64,000 nucleotides of DNA from Antedon mediterranea (GCF_964355755.1 NC_092673.1:8308001-8372000); one strand, 5' to 3'. Numbered from the stretch's first letter, positions 10,773 to 23,348 are shown. The notes: generated from the letters alone by a model not told the origin. A program made the numbers and translations.

Positions 10773-13682
10773 GGTTTACGATGACATCGGTCGCGTTTGA
10801 AATCGGTCGCGATGAAATCAACTTCCGGTATTTTGTAAGGTGCGCCGCTAGAGCTATACGTTTGAAATCGGTCGCGCTATTTTGTATGGAGCGAGATGCA
10901 TGCTAGCGGGATTTACATTTTCTTCGTTTATATAGTCTAGATTTAATTGATATGTTTTAGGAACTAGATTATTTATGTGGATATTTTTTATTTTGGTTAC
11001 CGGTAATAATATTTATTATCAATCATTTTTTTTTTATTTCACAGGTCTCGGAGAAGGACTGTGTCTTTTTAAAACGGCTATTTCTAAACACGTTTAAATA
11101 TTTTATTAGGCATATAATAATTTACCTCTATTTTATTATGTATACTGTAATTAATATATTATACTGTATAGAGAATATACGTCTGTGTCTTTTAATAATA
11201 TTGTGCAAACAATTACGTAAAAGAGAATAATTTATTCAAAAACAATAAATGTTACAATGTATAGCCCGTAAAGCCAGCGTATCCATTTTTATACTTATGC
11301 ATAATGTGGCAGATATATCATATCTATATATTGGACCACCTTATTTTAATTTCTATTTTATTTATGTCCGTACGTTATGTAGGATTAAGTATAGGCCTAT
11401 ATAATGATTATTGTTAAAGGAAAATCACGTGTATATTTTTAATTCTAATGTTTAGGCCTAAAATAGTTTCTAGTAAAAATGATTATTATATGCGGATCGT
11501 TAAAAGACGAGTTACTGAAATAAACCCCGAAATAGGCCATATCGTGGATGCGCCTTCTATGATCGTGAAGACGACGTTACCTGCACGTCATTTTGCTGAC
11601 GGGGATTCCCTTTAAAAAAAACACGCACTATAGTGTGTAAAATCATGGACAAAACACGTACGATCGTTGTCCATGGCCATGTAAAGATGACGTATAGGTC
11701 TATTACTAATAACCATACGTTTGAAACATCTATAGGCCTGCACGTGTTTTTGTGAAACATAGTTCCATGGTGAAACGATGTAATTGTATATAATTTACGT
11801 ATATACGTCGGCGATACTATAGTTTTATTTCAATATTTCTTCATTTATAGTAATCACTTTAATGTAAATAATTAAGTACCACTCAGTGTCTCACATCCGT
11901 ACGCCGTTCGTAAATCTAAATGTTTAAATATCAGCGCAAGATTACCCCCGAGATTACCTCTTTGAGAATCGTGCCCACCTTTTAATATCCATCCATTATT
12001 ATTCTCACATCTGGGCCTATCATTGTACAGCATACTGCATAGTCCTACTGTATAGGCCCGGTAGATTGATTTTTAACGGCATATTATTTTATTAGTATTA
12101 TCCTTAAACCATGCTCACGTAAGAGTGGCGGATAACGAACGTAAAAATCATCGTCATACATCATCTTCCTTTATTGCATAAACCTCATTGAGCTGGTATC
12201 CACTTGCAGGTATAGAACTAGTTTCTAACTGTGATTAAAAAATATGCAATAGGCGCGTCTACTTGTTTAATATTAAATTATTTCAACATTATTAAAACTT
12301 TAAACAGTGGCATGCTAATCTTTTCAACAAACTTAAACAATATTCAATAACACTTTTAAAAACGATTTTCTAAACGAACACATTACAATTTATTCATTGA
12401 CACCTGTAAGATAAAATGAAATCACAAATTATTTATAAATAATGAGATAAATATTTATATTTACTGTACTAAAAAAATAATAACGATCGAGGTAAAAAAA
12501 TTGTTAATAGTGTAACAAAAATCCGCTCTCGGGTTCGTTCCCTTTGAGGAAGGGTCTGCGGTACCACGGTACACACGAATGAAACAAACAAATCAATTAC
12601 AATTTTTGGAGTGACCTCTTTTATTCTTCTTTGATTCCAAATTATTGGTAACAACCGATTATAATAATTAATTAGATTAGTTCTGCTAATTACGCCGGAC
12701 TTGAAACAACAGCGTAACCACCAGTAATGACGTAACCTCCAATAGTAGCGTAACCACCAACAATGGCGTAACCCCTTACGGCAACGTAACCACCAACAAT
12801 GGTGTAACCTCCACAGCAACGTAACCACCAACAACGGTGTAACCTCCAATGGCAACGTAACCACCAACAACGGTATAACCTCCACAGAAACGTAACCACC
12901 AACAATGGTGTAACCTCCACAGCAACGTAACCACCAACAATGGTGTAACCTCCACAGCAACGTAACCACCAACAACGGTGTAACCTCCAACGGCAACGTA
13001 ACCACCAACAATGGCGTAACCACGTACCGGCTAACAGGGTAACCACCAGTAGTCTTAACCACTGGCTAATAGGTGTACCCACCAGCAAAGCAGTATCACA
13101 ACCACAGGGTGTACCACGGGCTAACTGTATCTCAATCAGTAACACAACCAGTAGGTGCAACCTCCGGCTCAGCAATGTCTCAAATAGTGATAAAACCAGT
13201 ACAGTAGGTGCAACCTCCAGCTCACTATGTCTCAAATAGTGATACAACCAGTAGGTGCAACCTCCGGCTCACTATGTCTCCAACAGTAGCACAAGCGGTA
13301 GGCTGTACCCTCCGGCTAACTTTACTTGCTGTGTCTTAACTCTCCTTTTATTATTCAACTCTAATTTTCTCTTTCTTTTCTCTAATCTTCTCTACACTTT
13401 GTTTTCCAATTTCTCTAATGTCCCTACTTATTTAACACGTCTTCTCCCTGCTTCTCCGCTTTTCCTCTCTGCCCTTTTTCTCACGTCCGTTCTCTGCTTC
13501 TCCTCCTGCCTAACTCTGCCTCCATCTGCCGCCCTCTATCTTTTCCTTCTACCCAAAAATCATTACATTAGTATTAGAAATTCTATATTCAAATTTAACC
13601 ATACAAAATACCGGAAGTTGATTTTATCGCGACCGATTTCAAACGCGACCGATTTCAGACGCGACCGATTTCATCTGACACC
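10773..13682. mobile_element. Non-autonomous DNA transposon with long TIRs and 8-bp TSD, in SCAI intron 1
   Basis: Inverted ends built from AAATCGGTCGCG subrepeats plus AAATCAACTTCCGGTATTTTGTA; GG...CC termini; CTAATTAT duplicated at 10765-10772 and 13683-13690. Confidence 0.8.
12710..13320. repeat. Minisatellite, 35-36 bp unit (GTAACCACCAACAATGGTGTAACCTCCACAGCAAC), degrading to a longer unit
   Basis: Visible periodic GTAACC subunits; source of the repetitive ORFs 12469-13247. Confidence 0.9.
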
Positions 13683-13800
13683 CTAATTATTGGTACATCT
13701 ACCCTAACCTTTTGAATTAAATCTTAATTTATGGAAGAAAAGCATGTTGACACTAAAGCACTAGGAATGAAATATGGCACATTATTTTATATAAAACAAA

Positions 13801-13978
13801 AGACTATCGGGCCCAACGCTAAGACGATCGGGGCCAACTGGTAAGACGATCGGGCCAACGTAGTTCTGAAAATACTGGACGATCGGGACCAACTGGTAAG
13901 ACGATCTGGCCCAACACAAAAGACGATCGGGACTGCAAAATGTGGGCCCGATCGTCCGTGGTCCGATCGTCTGTTCCC
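13801..13978. repeat. Clustered GACGATCGGG(C/A)CC subrepeats, probable MITE end
   Basis: About 6 direct copies then 2 inverted copies ending ...CTGTTCCC. Confidence 0.55.
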
Positions 13979-14108
13979 CTTATCCTATAATTATTAGGCC
14001 TAGGCCTAGGCTCTATAGCTATAGGGCCTCGCAGCTAGTAGGCCTACTAGGCCCTACCTCTAGGCCTAGTAGTAGGCGGCTAGGAGGCTACCACGGCAAG
14101 AATCTTAC

Positions 14109-14206
14109 CTTAATCCATTAAATAATTGTTTAGACTTTTCAAGCAAATAACTAAATTCCTGTACAACTTTGCGTTCTTCTTCGGTAATTCCATTGTCTCC
14201 TTCCAT
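14109..14206 (-). CDS. SCAI: SCAI coding exon 1
   Basis: MEGDNGITEEERKVVQEFSYLLEKSKQLFNGLR then GTAAG donor; matches the SCAI motif ERKxVxxFxYLLxKSKQLFNGLR. Confidence 0.93.
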
Positions 14207-15099
14207 GTTACAAAACACACTTTTTATCAGGCAATCATTACACAAAACAAGGCAACTATGTTAAACAGGTGTCATCAAACACAACCCTTTCTCTGCTGTT
14301 GTTGCAATGGGAAGCTAACGCGCTCGCTCAAAGATGGCTAGAGATTGAGAGAGAGGGGACCGTCGACCTAGGTCTTTTTTTTCGCGATGCGTTTTTATAA
14401 AGCAGGCCCTCAGTGTCAGTGGAAGTTTTTGCTTGAACAAAAATAGATGGCTCTCTCTTTGAAATGTTGAGTTGGAAACATGTTGAGTTGTGGACATAAT
14501 CGAATAGTATTGCATTTAAAAAAGACGGATTCTACCTGAATTATTAACTACATATTTATTATTTAACGAGTGTGAGCTATCCTCCATTATTTTATTAACT
14601 TGGCTAATAACATCACGCCTGTACATTACATCAATAACTTTGACATTTCTACCTATTACTTTATTTGCAGTTTTCATTATACGGTCAAGTTTCTTTCTTT
14701 TTGTTGTTGTTTTTTAAACAGAACACGGACAGTACATATTGTAGTTAAATTTGGTTTATTCAATAATATTTTCTATTAATACTTGAAAATTTAATATTTG
14801 AAATTTGATGCTTACATTATTACACAACGTCCATTAAATACTAAAACATATTTACAAATACTTAACATAGTAAAACAATTACTTAGTCCAGACCACTTTC
14901 TATAAAATTCGTATTGGTTTTCCCAGAAAAATGGCAAACAGTGTTCCAAACTTCTATATTATTATATATACTTTAAGTTCCCGTTGCAACTTAGTTACTT
15001 TTGGGTTCTTATTACACATTTTTGCTTTGTATAGGCTATAAAATTTAATAACGATTAAAATATCATTTTCTAATTTAAGTCAGGCTATTGTACCATGCA

Positions 15100-15590
15100 G
15101 ACACAATTAAATGCACTGTTTACAAGATACTCATATTACCGAAGATATGACTAAACAAGTATCAAACGAGTGGGATGGAGAATGCTTCTTTAGTTATGGT
15201 AATCAAATTCTAGAGGGTCATTGTTTTATTAAGAAAGAACTTTATTCTTCATAATAAGCAAAATGACAATGCTCTAGATATTAAAATATCAGATACTAGA
15301 TTAACCCTTATTTCAATAATATGAACCAAATGTGGGTTCATATTAGTTTTATAAGATCATAGATGAATACAATAACGATAATATCCTTTGTGCAGATTGG
15401 AACATTGTTTTAGATCAAGATCTTGATACCCATTATTATTTGCATACAGTATAAACATTCTATCTAATAAACTGCTATTTGATATGATGAATGATAATGA
15501 TATTTTTTTATCACTGGCGAATACATAATTCAGATTCTAAAACTTTTACATGGAGTAAAATTAATCCTTAAAATCCCGGTTGGATTTTTG
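15100..15590 (+). mobile_element. L1/Tx1-clade APE endonuclease remnant
   Basis: CLQDTH...EWDGECFFSYG..SRG; ILCADWNIVLD; WRIHNSDSKTFTW; SRLDF, with frameshifts. Confidence 0.75.
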
Positions 15591-17239
15591 TGGTGACAGT
15601 GACTTTGAAAATAAAGATAATGTTATTAATATTAAAATTCAAAATTCATTAGCACATAGTGTAAGTAACTCCCAATATTGACCAACAAACAGCTTTGACT
15701 TTGGAAGAGCCACTTAAATTATGATGCCTTATTAAATTCGCAAAAGCAGTTTCGATGTATTCCTTATTGTAATTTCTATTCCGCGGAGATGTCTGGTTTC
15801 ATCTGTAGGCCTACGATTCTTATCTGAAGATATAAATCTAAAAACAGATACGTCTGATACGTAATGCTTGACTGTATACGGTATGTTTTCACCCTCACCT
15901 TTTGGCCCTTCGCCACTTTCAAAATGTGTAACCAAGCCAAAAATGATTGTTTGACCACCCTAAACTAATTTCTGAAGTCAAATTCTCTCACTTAACACTC
16001 AAAGTGCATACGAAAGTTGATCTAGCTACTTAGAGTATGAGGTTAGAACAAAAAAACACGTGGTAGCTGCTTGTGGATGGTAACTATACCGTTGACATTG
16101 AGGTCCCTTATAATTTAAATATTAAATTTCTAGATTTTTTTAAAAATGTATTTGTACGATTTGAAAAATGTATGCAATATGAAATTTCGAAGATTTCTTT
16201 CCGCAAATAAAAATTCTCGATTCAAATGTATTTTCAGTATTTGATAAAAGCCAGAGCTCATATAAATCTGTTACGCAATTATTTATAAAAAATGCAAGTT
16301 AATGAATAAAATTCCGCAAAGATTTCCTACCGCAATTTTAAATTGCACACGGTTTTGCAGATTCAAATTGCGCAACGAAATATTTGCGCTATTTGAAATT
16401 GCGCGTAACATTTACATTCACAAATATTCATCCCAATACCATGCCTAATCTATATTATTTCCCTGCTACTATTTAAACTGGTTTTTGTTAAATGGTTAGG
16501 TAAGTCAAAATATGCAGAGGCTGACTGGGTAAATAGGAATACATAAATCGTACAGGTTACTAAAAAAGAAATAGAATATACAAGGCATATGTGATAGCAG
16601 ATGTTATTTTAGTTAAGTGTCATTGACATTGTACAAATCAAAACAATCTGGCAGTTAACTGAAATCCATACACAAGACATGTTGAAAATTAATTCAAATT
16701 TATAAGAATAAGAACATACAAGACCAAATTGTGCATTTAAAAGAACATGAGACGACATAAAGGAAAATATTGTTTTTATGAAGAAAAAGACATAAGACAT
16801 TCCTATGTGTTAACCTATTATACAAAATAATCAATAAAATATTCCAATAAAAAATATTTCGAAAAATAATAATCAAATATAGGTACCGGCATAACCAGTG
16901 CATAACTTGAATCAAGTACCCACGTTATCCATTACAGCAGTAAACATTTGACACTGTTGATGCATGGTTAACGCTAACCACAACATGGCATCCATCACTA
17001 ATAAGCAACGTTGTAATTGATTTTTTCATTAAAGTCTTCAGCCTGTAGAGACCAAACTGTAGTTTTTTCTCTTTTTTTAGGACTCAACGTATATTTTAAC
17101 TCTACTTTACAGGAAGTGTAGACGATGGTTCTCGGAATGATAATGTTCTCCTTATACATTTTCTGTCGGTTACCATTATTGAAAATGCTTGACATTCGTA
17201 AAACTAAACTACTTTGTTTCACAGTGTTTTAGATGATTA

Positions 17240-17890
17240 ATAACATTTTAAAGTATAGTTTTTATTGTTTGGTAGGGCCCTTTGGCATTCCAGATCTTAG
17301 GTCCTTCACGTCTAAAAACAGGAAATAAATTCTCACAGTTTCTAGTTGGATATTTATGTATTAATGAATGACTATGAAAAAAGGAGTGGAAAATATTGGG
17401 AGGTTTGCCTGCATTGTATTGGAACATAAAAGTAGCAATATTTTTATTACGAATTTGAAAAATATCCAAGGTTTTGGCAAATTTCAACAAGGCTGCAAAA
17501 GAATAGTTTACTTTGTAGACAGATCTGATAGCCTTCTTTTGAAGGATGTGTAGACGGGTAAGATTAGAGGAAGAATAGGAAGAGGAACCGCATATCAAGA
17601 TAGCATAGTTAATATGTGGAAGAAGAGATTTGTATATGTTTAAAAGTGTATTGGTTGTTGAGGGTTACAGCAGAGACTTTGAAAGCAAGACAGTTAATAT
17701 GGGAGTTAATAGAAAGATTTTTATCGATTAAAACGCCAAGAAATTTAGTTTCAAAAATTCTTTCGATTTGTCGATATGTATCGTTAGGCTTCTGGCCTTG
17801 AATATTATAGGTTTAGTTTTATGGAAGTTTATTTGCCTTCAACCAACTTGATATGATTGATCAGTTCATTGTTTAGAATATTAAAATCAC
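17240..17890 (-). mobile_element. CR1/L2-group LINE ORF2 C-terminal remnant
   Basis: KFLGVLIDKNL..., NYAILI..., LHILQKKAIRSV, GPKIWN; disrupted. Confidence 0.7.
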
Positions 17891-18394
17891 ACTCAATATT
17901 CTTGTGGTTGATAAATCATCTTAAGTTATTAATATAATATAAGAGAAACGGATAGAATATAATACTATGATTGATACAGTAAAATTCCGTTAACAAGTCA
18001 ATAAAAACACCTATACTACAGTAGGTTGAACTCTTTATTTTAGATAGTAGTGTTACGATCACTTTTGGCCTAAGTCGAAAGACCTAAAATACAACAATGA
18101 GGTTAGGAACAAAACAATATAGCCAACACACAAAGTACTATGCAGGAAGCACGAGCTCCATTTAATTTCATTTCCAAACTTTAGTGTGCATTACAACACA
18201 ACTATACCGTTATAAACAATACGAAGAATATCGAGTGGTGGTTAGCCTAGGCACTCTTTTCAGGGAGCTCCCTGCACGTACAGTCCAATCGCAAAGTGTT
18301 CATTCTCAATAATTGTCCTAGCGTCCTGGCTCTCTTCATTATCAAGTATTGATCACAATCTTAGAGTTCACTGCAACCAACTTTACTCCCATTA

Positions 18395-19163
18395 TTTACC
18401 TCCGCCAAGGAGGTATATGTAATCGATCGTGTTTGTTACTTGGCAAAAATAAAATTTTGCCAAATATAGTATTTACTTTTTGACTTTGCCAAATTGAAAA
18501 TTGGCCAAGTACGTTGATCTGTGGAGTTTGTGTGTTTTAATTGGCCAAATTGAAAATTGGTCAAGTATGTTGATCTGTTCGGTTTGTGTGTTTGTTTGTC
18601 TGTTTGTTTGTTATTTGGCCAAATTAAAATTTTTTATTCGAATGACTCCAAATTACTACCATACATGTCGTCTGGTGCAAGGACGCCACTGTTTAATTTT
18701 GGTAAAACGGTCCCAATTCTGGACCACTTTTTAGTATAATTTTCAGACCTGCTAGTGTTAAAAGATAGGACAGAATACGGCGATCAGTCTTAAAGTAACA
18801 AGTAAACTAAAATTGCATTTTCTCGAGAACTACTTGTTCAAAAAACTTCATTTTTATACAAGAAGAGGCAAGAGTTTTAATTTGTGATTTGTAATTTTGA
18901 AACATAATTAGATTTAATGCACAGGTTTTTGACGTTGCTGTTCTATTGTTAGTCAACTGATTGTTAGTTGAAAGGCTGGTTACATAACCTTTACACCAAA
19001 CACGCATACAAAAATGCTTGTAGTGAAATCAGCCTAAATCACACACAGCATTAAGACACACACAAATATATATATATATATATTTTTTTTTTTTCCGGAA
19101 AAATCTTATGTAGGAGAATTTTACAGTAGGCGGATGTATGCACTCTCGGAGTCCTCCCTGATT
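18395..19163. mobile_element. Helentron-associated non-autonomous element (DINE-1/HINE-like)
   Basis: Begins TTTACCTCCGCCAAGGAGGT, internal (GTTT/GTCT)n microsatellite at ~18580-18612, inverted subterminal GGCGGATGT and ATGCACTCT end at ~19129-19163. Confidence 0.6.
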
Positions 19164-19429
19164 ATTATCGTACAACGTAACAGTTATAATATGTTCAAGT
19201 GAATGTAGAAGTGCATGTGAAGTCGAGTGATGTTGTCGAAAGCCGTATTAGGAGTTGCTGAGAATATCAACATGTTGTTAAGTAGGTCAAGGTTTAATCA
19301 TAGACAACCTGTTAATTATAGTCGCATCTCCAGATTTAAAAATGGATTGTAGAAAATAACAGAAGCTAATCGAAGCTGTTGAGATTAACACTGAGTGGTA
19401 CGGTAGGCCTATATATATAATAAAATAAC

Positions 19430-20436
19430 AGCAGAAAAAAAAAATGACAATGCTGTGGGTATCAGTGGCTGGATCTCAATGGAGATACAAAAATGAAAAG
19501 CTAAATCAAAACGATAAAGTAAACAGCCAGAAAAGTTAGCAGAGCTTTCGGGCAACACTAGCCCTTCATCAGTGCAAGTGAAGGAATTTGGATAACGTCA
19601 TAGTATAAAGCTGGCAAGTGCTGCCTGGGTGGACAGGAATAAAAGAAATATAACAAAGGGAGCCAGGGTGGAGTCTGAATAAGAGTAGAAAACAAAGAAG
19701 GTAGCTTGGTAGAGATATAAACAATTTTGGAATGAGACTAAAAAACAGCTTAATTGGTGGTTAATATTGAAACTTAAATTTTGGTAGTCAATGGAATACT
19801 TTTATCGATCTGGGAGTATGTTCCTAATGTTAAGTCCAAAAGGTTTTGTGGTTTTAAGTAGTAATTCCCAGTGGTTTTCTTTGTCTTTGCGAGTTTTGTC
19901 GCTCCATTTGACATCGTGGTCTATTGCAATAACTCTGAAATTTGCAATCGAGTGACCAGCTGAATTAAAATGTTCGGCTACAGGTTGATCAAGCTTTAAT
20001 GTTTTGATAGCTGATCTATGTTGTGTCATTCTCATACGGAGAGTGTTTTTTGTTTCTCCGACGTACTGTTTGCCACAAATATTACAGTATATGAGATAAA
20101 TGACGTTTTTGGTTAGACAATTAATTGATTGTCTTATCCGAAAAATGCGGCCAGTTTGGTTACTCTCAAATTTTTCAGTAGAATTAACCAATGAACAAGT
20201 TTTGCAAGATTTGCCGCAAAGGTGACTGCCCAAATTTTGGCTGTCATGAGAGTTAATTTCACTCTTAAATTTGGATCTGACTAATATATCACGAAGGTTG
20301 GGAGGTCTACGAAATGCAATAATGGGTGGTTCCGAAAAAACAGTCCTGAGACGTTCTGTAGACTGTAGAATGGGCATATGTTTCTCAATAATAGCCCGTA
20401 ATGGAGGCAACCTAGGGTGGTAGGTTGTGACCAATG
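19430..20436 (-). mobile_element. Penelope-like element 3' part (Zn-linker, GIY-YIG endonuclease, pseudo-LTR)
   Basis: ORF to 19802: LVTTYHP...FRRPPNLRDILV...CGKSCKTC...NVIYLIYCNICGKQYVGET...R..QH...PVAEHF...E..W..L.T..PFGLN; 5' truncated at a (TA)n tract. Confidence 0.93.
19538..19576 (-). ncRNA. Minimal type I hammerhead ribozyme in the Penelope pseudo-LTR
   Basis: Minus strand reads GCA CTGATGA A GGGC-TAGTGTT-GCCC GAAA GC TC TGC: core boxes, stem II, palindromic AGCT stem III, 3-bp stem I. Confidence 0.75.
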
Positions 20437-21159
20437 ACACTATATATATATATAAACACATCAGGCAAAAACATTATACATTATATAGGCTAAGTTAGCA
20501 ATATTCTTTAACAAAACACAATACCGGTAGGCTTAATAAAAAAAGTAAACAAAACATTGCATTATTTACACACATTCTGCCATAGCAGTATATCTTTGAG
20601 AAAGAAATGTATGTATCTATTCTTTCTTATTCTAAGAGGAGTCCATGTATCACGGAGCCTGCAAATACAAATCGAATTAATTAATTCATTTATTTATCCA
20701 ATAGTATGTAGGCCACTGGCCCAAGTGCAGTAATAGATAATAATACATAAATTTAAATGTGCAAATAATTTTTTTCTCTTGAAAAAAGGTTATTTATAAC
20801 TTTTTTCTGTTTGTTTTTCATTAGTAAATAAACTGTTTATTTGTTGGTTGATTGAAATAATAAGGTTTTAAAATTAAGCACGTCCGTTTTGGTCATATGG
20901 TCGACTATTCTATTATTATTCTTATATAGTACAATAATATAGAATAGCCGTTATATTATTTACGTTATTCACATTTAAATTCTTCTTTATTAATCCTTTT
21001 GGAAATTCATTGCTCGTTTTTAAATATGTAAAAATGTATAACAATATAAAAGTTGAACAATTTATAAAACAAGAAGAGAACGACACAAAACATGAGTAAA
21101 AATTTACCAATAAACTTATTACAAATCGTCAATTACGTTTAAAATTGTTAGTAAAAGTT

Positions 21160-21393
21160 GAATGACTTGTGGAAGGAAGTAGAGAAGGTACCGGTTGGTG
21201 CGAGAGGTCGGTGTCCGAAAGCAACCACTGCGGACTATGTTGTAGGAGTTCATTGTAAAGCGGATGGCTAGAGTCATTTAAAATATATTGAAATATTCTG
21301 GATATTTTACTTATTACTTATTTATAAGCCTCGGACACCGACCTCTGGCAACAACAAACTATCCGCTCAACCTTCCTATCCACACCATTCATT
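21160..21393. repeat. Small inverted-repeat element (MITE-like)
   Basis: AGAGGTCGGTGTCCGA (~21203-21218) inverted with TCGGACACCGACCTCT (21331-21346); weaker pairing outward. Confidence 0.5.
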
Positions 21394-21563
21394 CTGTCAA
21401 TATCTGTTTTATTTGAATTCCGGCCCAACCAGAAATACAGTATTTCCAGACTCCACATATGACTGTAATATAAAATATAGTAATGATTTTAACATCAACA
21501 TTGAAAGAAGACATTTTCCTCAAACAATAAAGACGGGAATTAACCTTTTTCATGATGCAGTAT

Positions 21564-22000
21564 TGTCACGAACTCCTTTTACGTATGTTTTCGAGTGGTT
21601 GAAAATAATTTAGGAACTCCCTTGTGACATAAAAGTATACACACAAAATCCACAAAGTTGTAAAATAACTCAAAACAAAGCTTTAATTTCAATCAACTTT
21701 AACTTTCAACAATCCAGTAAGCACTTTAAACAACAGCTTCACAATAACTTCTACAATCTAATATCCAACAACCTTACAATCTTTTACATCCATTTATATA
21801 CAAGATGTTCCTATTCTTCTAGATCATTCTTTATATTTAATATTCTATTGGATTACAGTTTCTATTAATAGCATACTGGAATGTTCCTGATTGTTCTTGT
21901 AATTATACATGGTTTCTTAAATCTAAACATACTCTTATTCTAGAATATTTATGTAGACACTATGATACTGTATATGATTAACGAATGGTAATTTATTACA
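21564..22000. mobile_element. Solo LTR (437 bp)
   Basis: TG...CA termini with a perfect 5-bp TSD AGTAT (21559-21563, 22001-22005). Confidence 0.75.
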
Positions 22001-22313
22001 AGTATAGCCATACAAATCAACAACCTTTAAACTAATATGCAAATTAGCTTAATCAGATATTTAGACAATAATTAATTTAAATAAAAGTCACTGAAGCTAC
22101 CAATTCACTAGATCCCCAGCCGTTGCAGTAATACACCAAAGCCAGCCAACCCGCCGAAAAAATTATTTGTAAAAAGTTGTAGGTGGGTGTATGAAAGTAC
22201 ATTCATGAGCGATTGTCAATAGATTATTCTTACTATCATAGATTGTGGTATTTTTCTGATATACGCGCTTGTCAATTTATAGCAGTGTTGTAGAGAGGCT
22301 GTATACGACCAGC

Positions 22314-22388
22314 ATGGAAAATAAAACTAATTCAAAACTGTGGCCTAGCCTGCTTGTGGATATCAATGATGGTTTTCAAAAATCACAG
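22314..22388 (+). CDS. ASMT: ASMT-family O-methyltransferase exon 1
   Basis: MENKTNSKLWPSLLVDINDGFQKSQ then GT; matches the ASMT exon-1 end (NGFMVSQ), phase 0. Confidence 0.8.
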
Positions 22389-22401
22389 GTTTGTATTATT
22401 A

Positions 22402-22765
22402 CTGTACGGCTTTACCACGTTGAAACACCGGTTCTCGTCAGATCACCGAAGTTAAGCGACGTTGGGCCTGGTTAGAGCTTGGATGTGAGACTATCTGGGA
22501 ATAACGGGTGCTGTATACGGAGCTGGGGTCCCGTTAGGCATTTGAAATCAGCACTGCTGACTCTTATGGCAGCCCCTGCATCTAGTATCTGCCTCAGACC
22601 TCTGGTCAAGGTGGGCACTGGACGAGAGAAGCCCTTGATCAATGTTAGGACCAATCAAGGTGCTTTAAACAGTCCTGGCTTTGTTTGTATCAAACCTGTT
22701 AGTGGCGGTAATTCTCGCTGTTGGTTTCGATTAAATAAAATAAAAATAATAAAAATAAAAAAAAT
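22402..22765 (+). mobile_element. 5S rRNA-derived SINE (SINE3)
   Basis: About 115 bp of 5S-like head (TACGGC..TACCACGTTGAAACACCGGTTCTCGTCAGATCACCGAAGTTAAGC...GGGAATAACGGGTGCTGTA), non-5S body and A-rich tail; no oligo-T terminator after the head. Confidence 0.85.
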
Positions 22766-22884
22766 ACTAAAATTTCATTTCGGATAGGCTACTTTTAATA
22801 ATAATATCCCGTGTCTTAATATCCCGTGTCTTATTATCCACGTTTTCTTTGTACCATACTTTAAGAAGTCAAGTAGTCTTAAGA

Positions 22885-23035
22885 AAATCGCGATTTTCTA
22901 ATGGTATAAACCTAACACCGCCAGATACCTACCAGAGCAACAAATCCTAATATTCTCTGCTCTCTGGTGGTAGGATGTGTTGCTCTGGTAGGTATCTGGC
23001 GGTGTTAGGTTTATACCATTAGAAAATCGCGATTT
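22885..23035. repeat. Long near-perfect hairpin (65-bp arms, 21-nt loop) with a partial second copy to ~23153
   Basis: AAATCGCGATTTTCTAATGGTATAAACC...AATCCTA / TAGGATGTG...AGAAAATCGCGATTT. Confidence 0.9.
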
Positions 23036-23348
23036 CAAATGCCTAACGGGACCCCAGCTAGAGCATCAAATCCTAATATTCTCTGCTCTCTGGTGGTAGG
23101 ATTTGTTGCTCTAGTAGGTATCTGGTGGTATCTGGTGGTGTTAGGTTTATACCGGTATGAACCATTAATTCACTGCACTGGCAAATGTGTTTTGGTATAG
23201 GTGTTGGCTGCATTTAGTATTATTTAAAACATAATAAGACCGAGTAAGCCAAATAAAAAAAAATCTTCTTTTTAAAACTCGTTATGGGCCTGGAATTTAA
23301 TTATATTCGAAATGTTTGGAATATTATTAGGTTTACATTTATTTTAAG

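Noticed and set aside
12469-13686. Long ORFs (197, 185 and 143 aa)
   Set aside because: Products of a stop-poor minisatellite and a purine/pyrimidine-skewed tract; no recognisable domain.
13801-13978. Short repeats with variable gaps resembling a CRISPR array
   Set aside because: Repeats are about 12 bp, irregular and partly inverted, in a eukaryotic intron with no cas genes; fits MITE subterminal repeats.
15732-15958. Two short minus-strand ORFs
   Set aside because: No recognisable motif or splice context linking them to a gene.
18051-19182. Possible solo LTR TGTTACG...CGTAACA interrupted by the Helentron-like element
   Set aside because: Inverted termini are present but the flanks (AGTAG, GTTAT) do not form a TSD; not supported well enough to list.
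22402-22516. Functional 5S rRNA gene
   Set aside because: Diverged from the 5S consensus, no oligo-T terminator, continues into a SINE body and A-tail.
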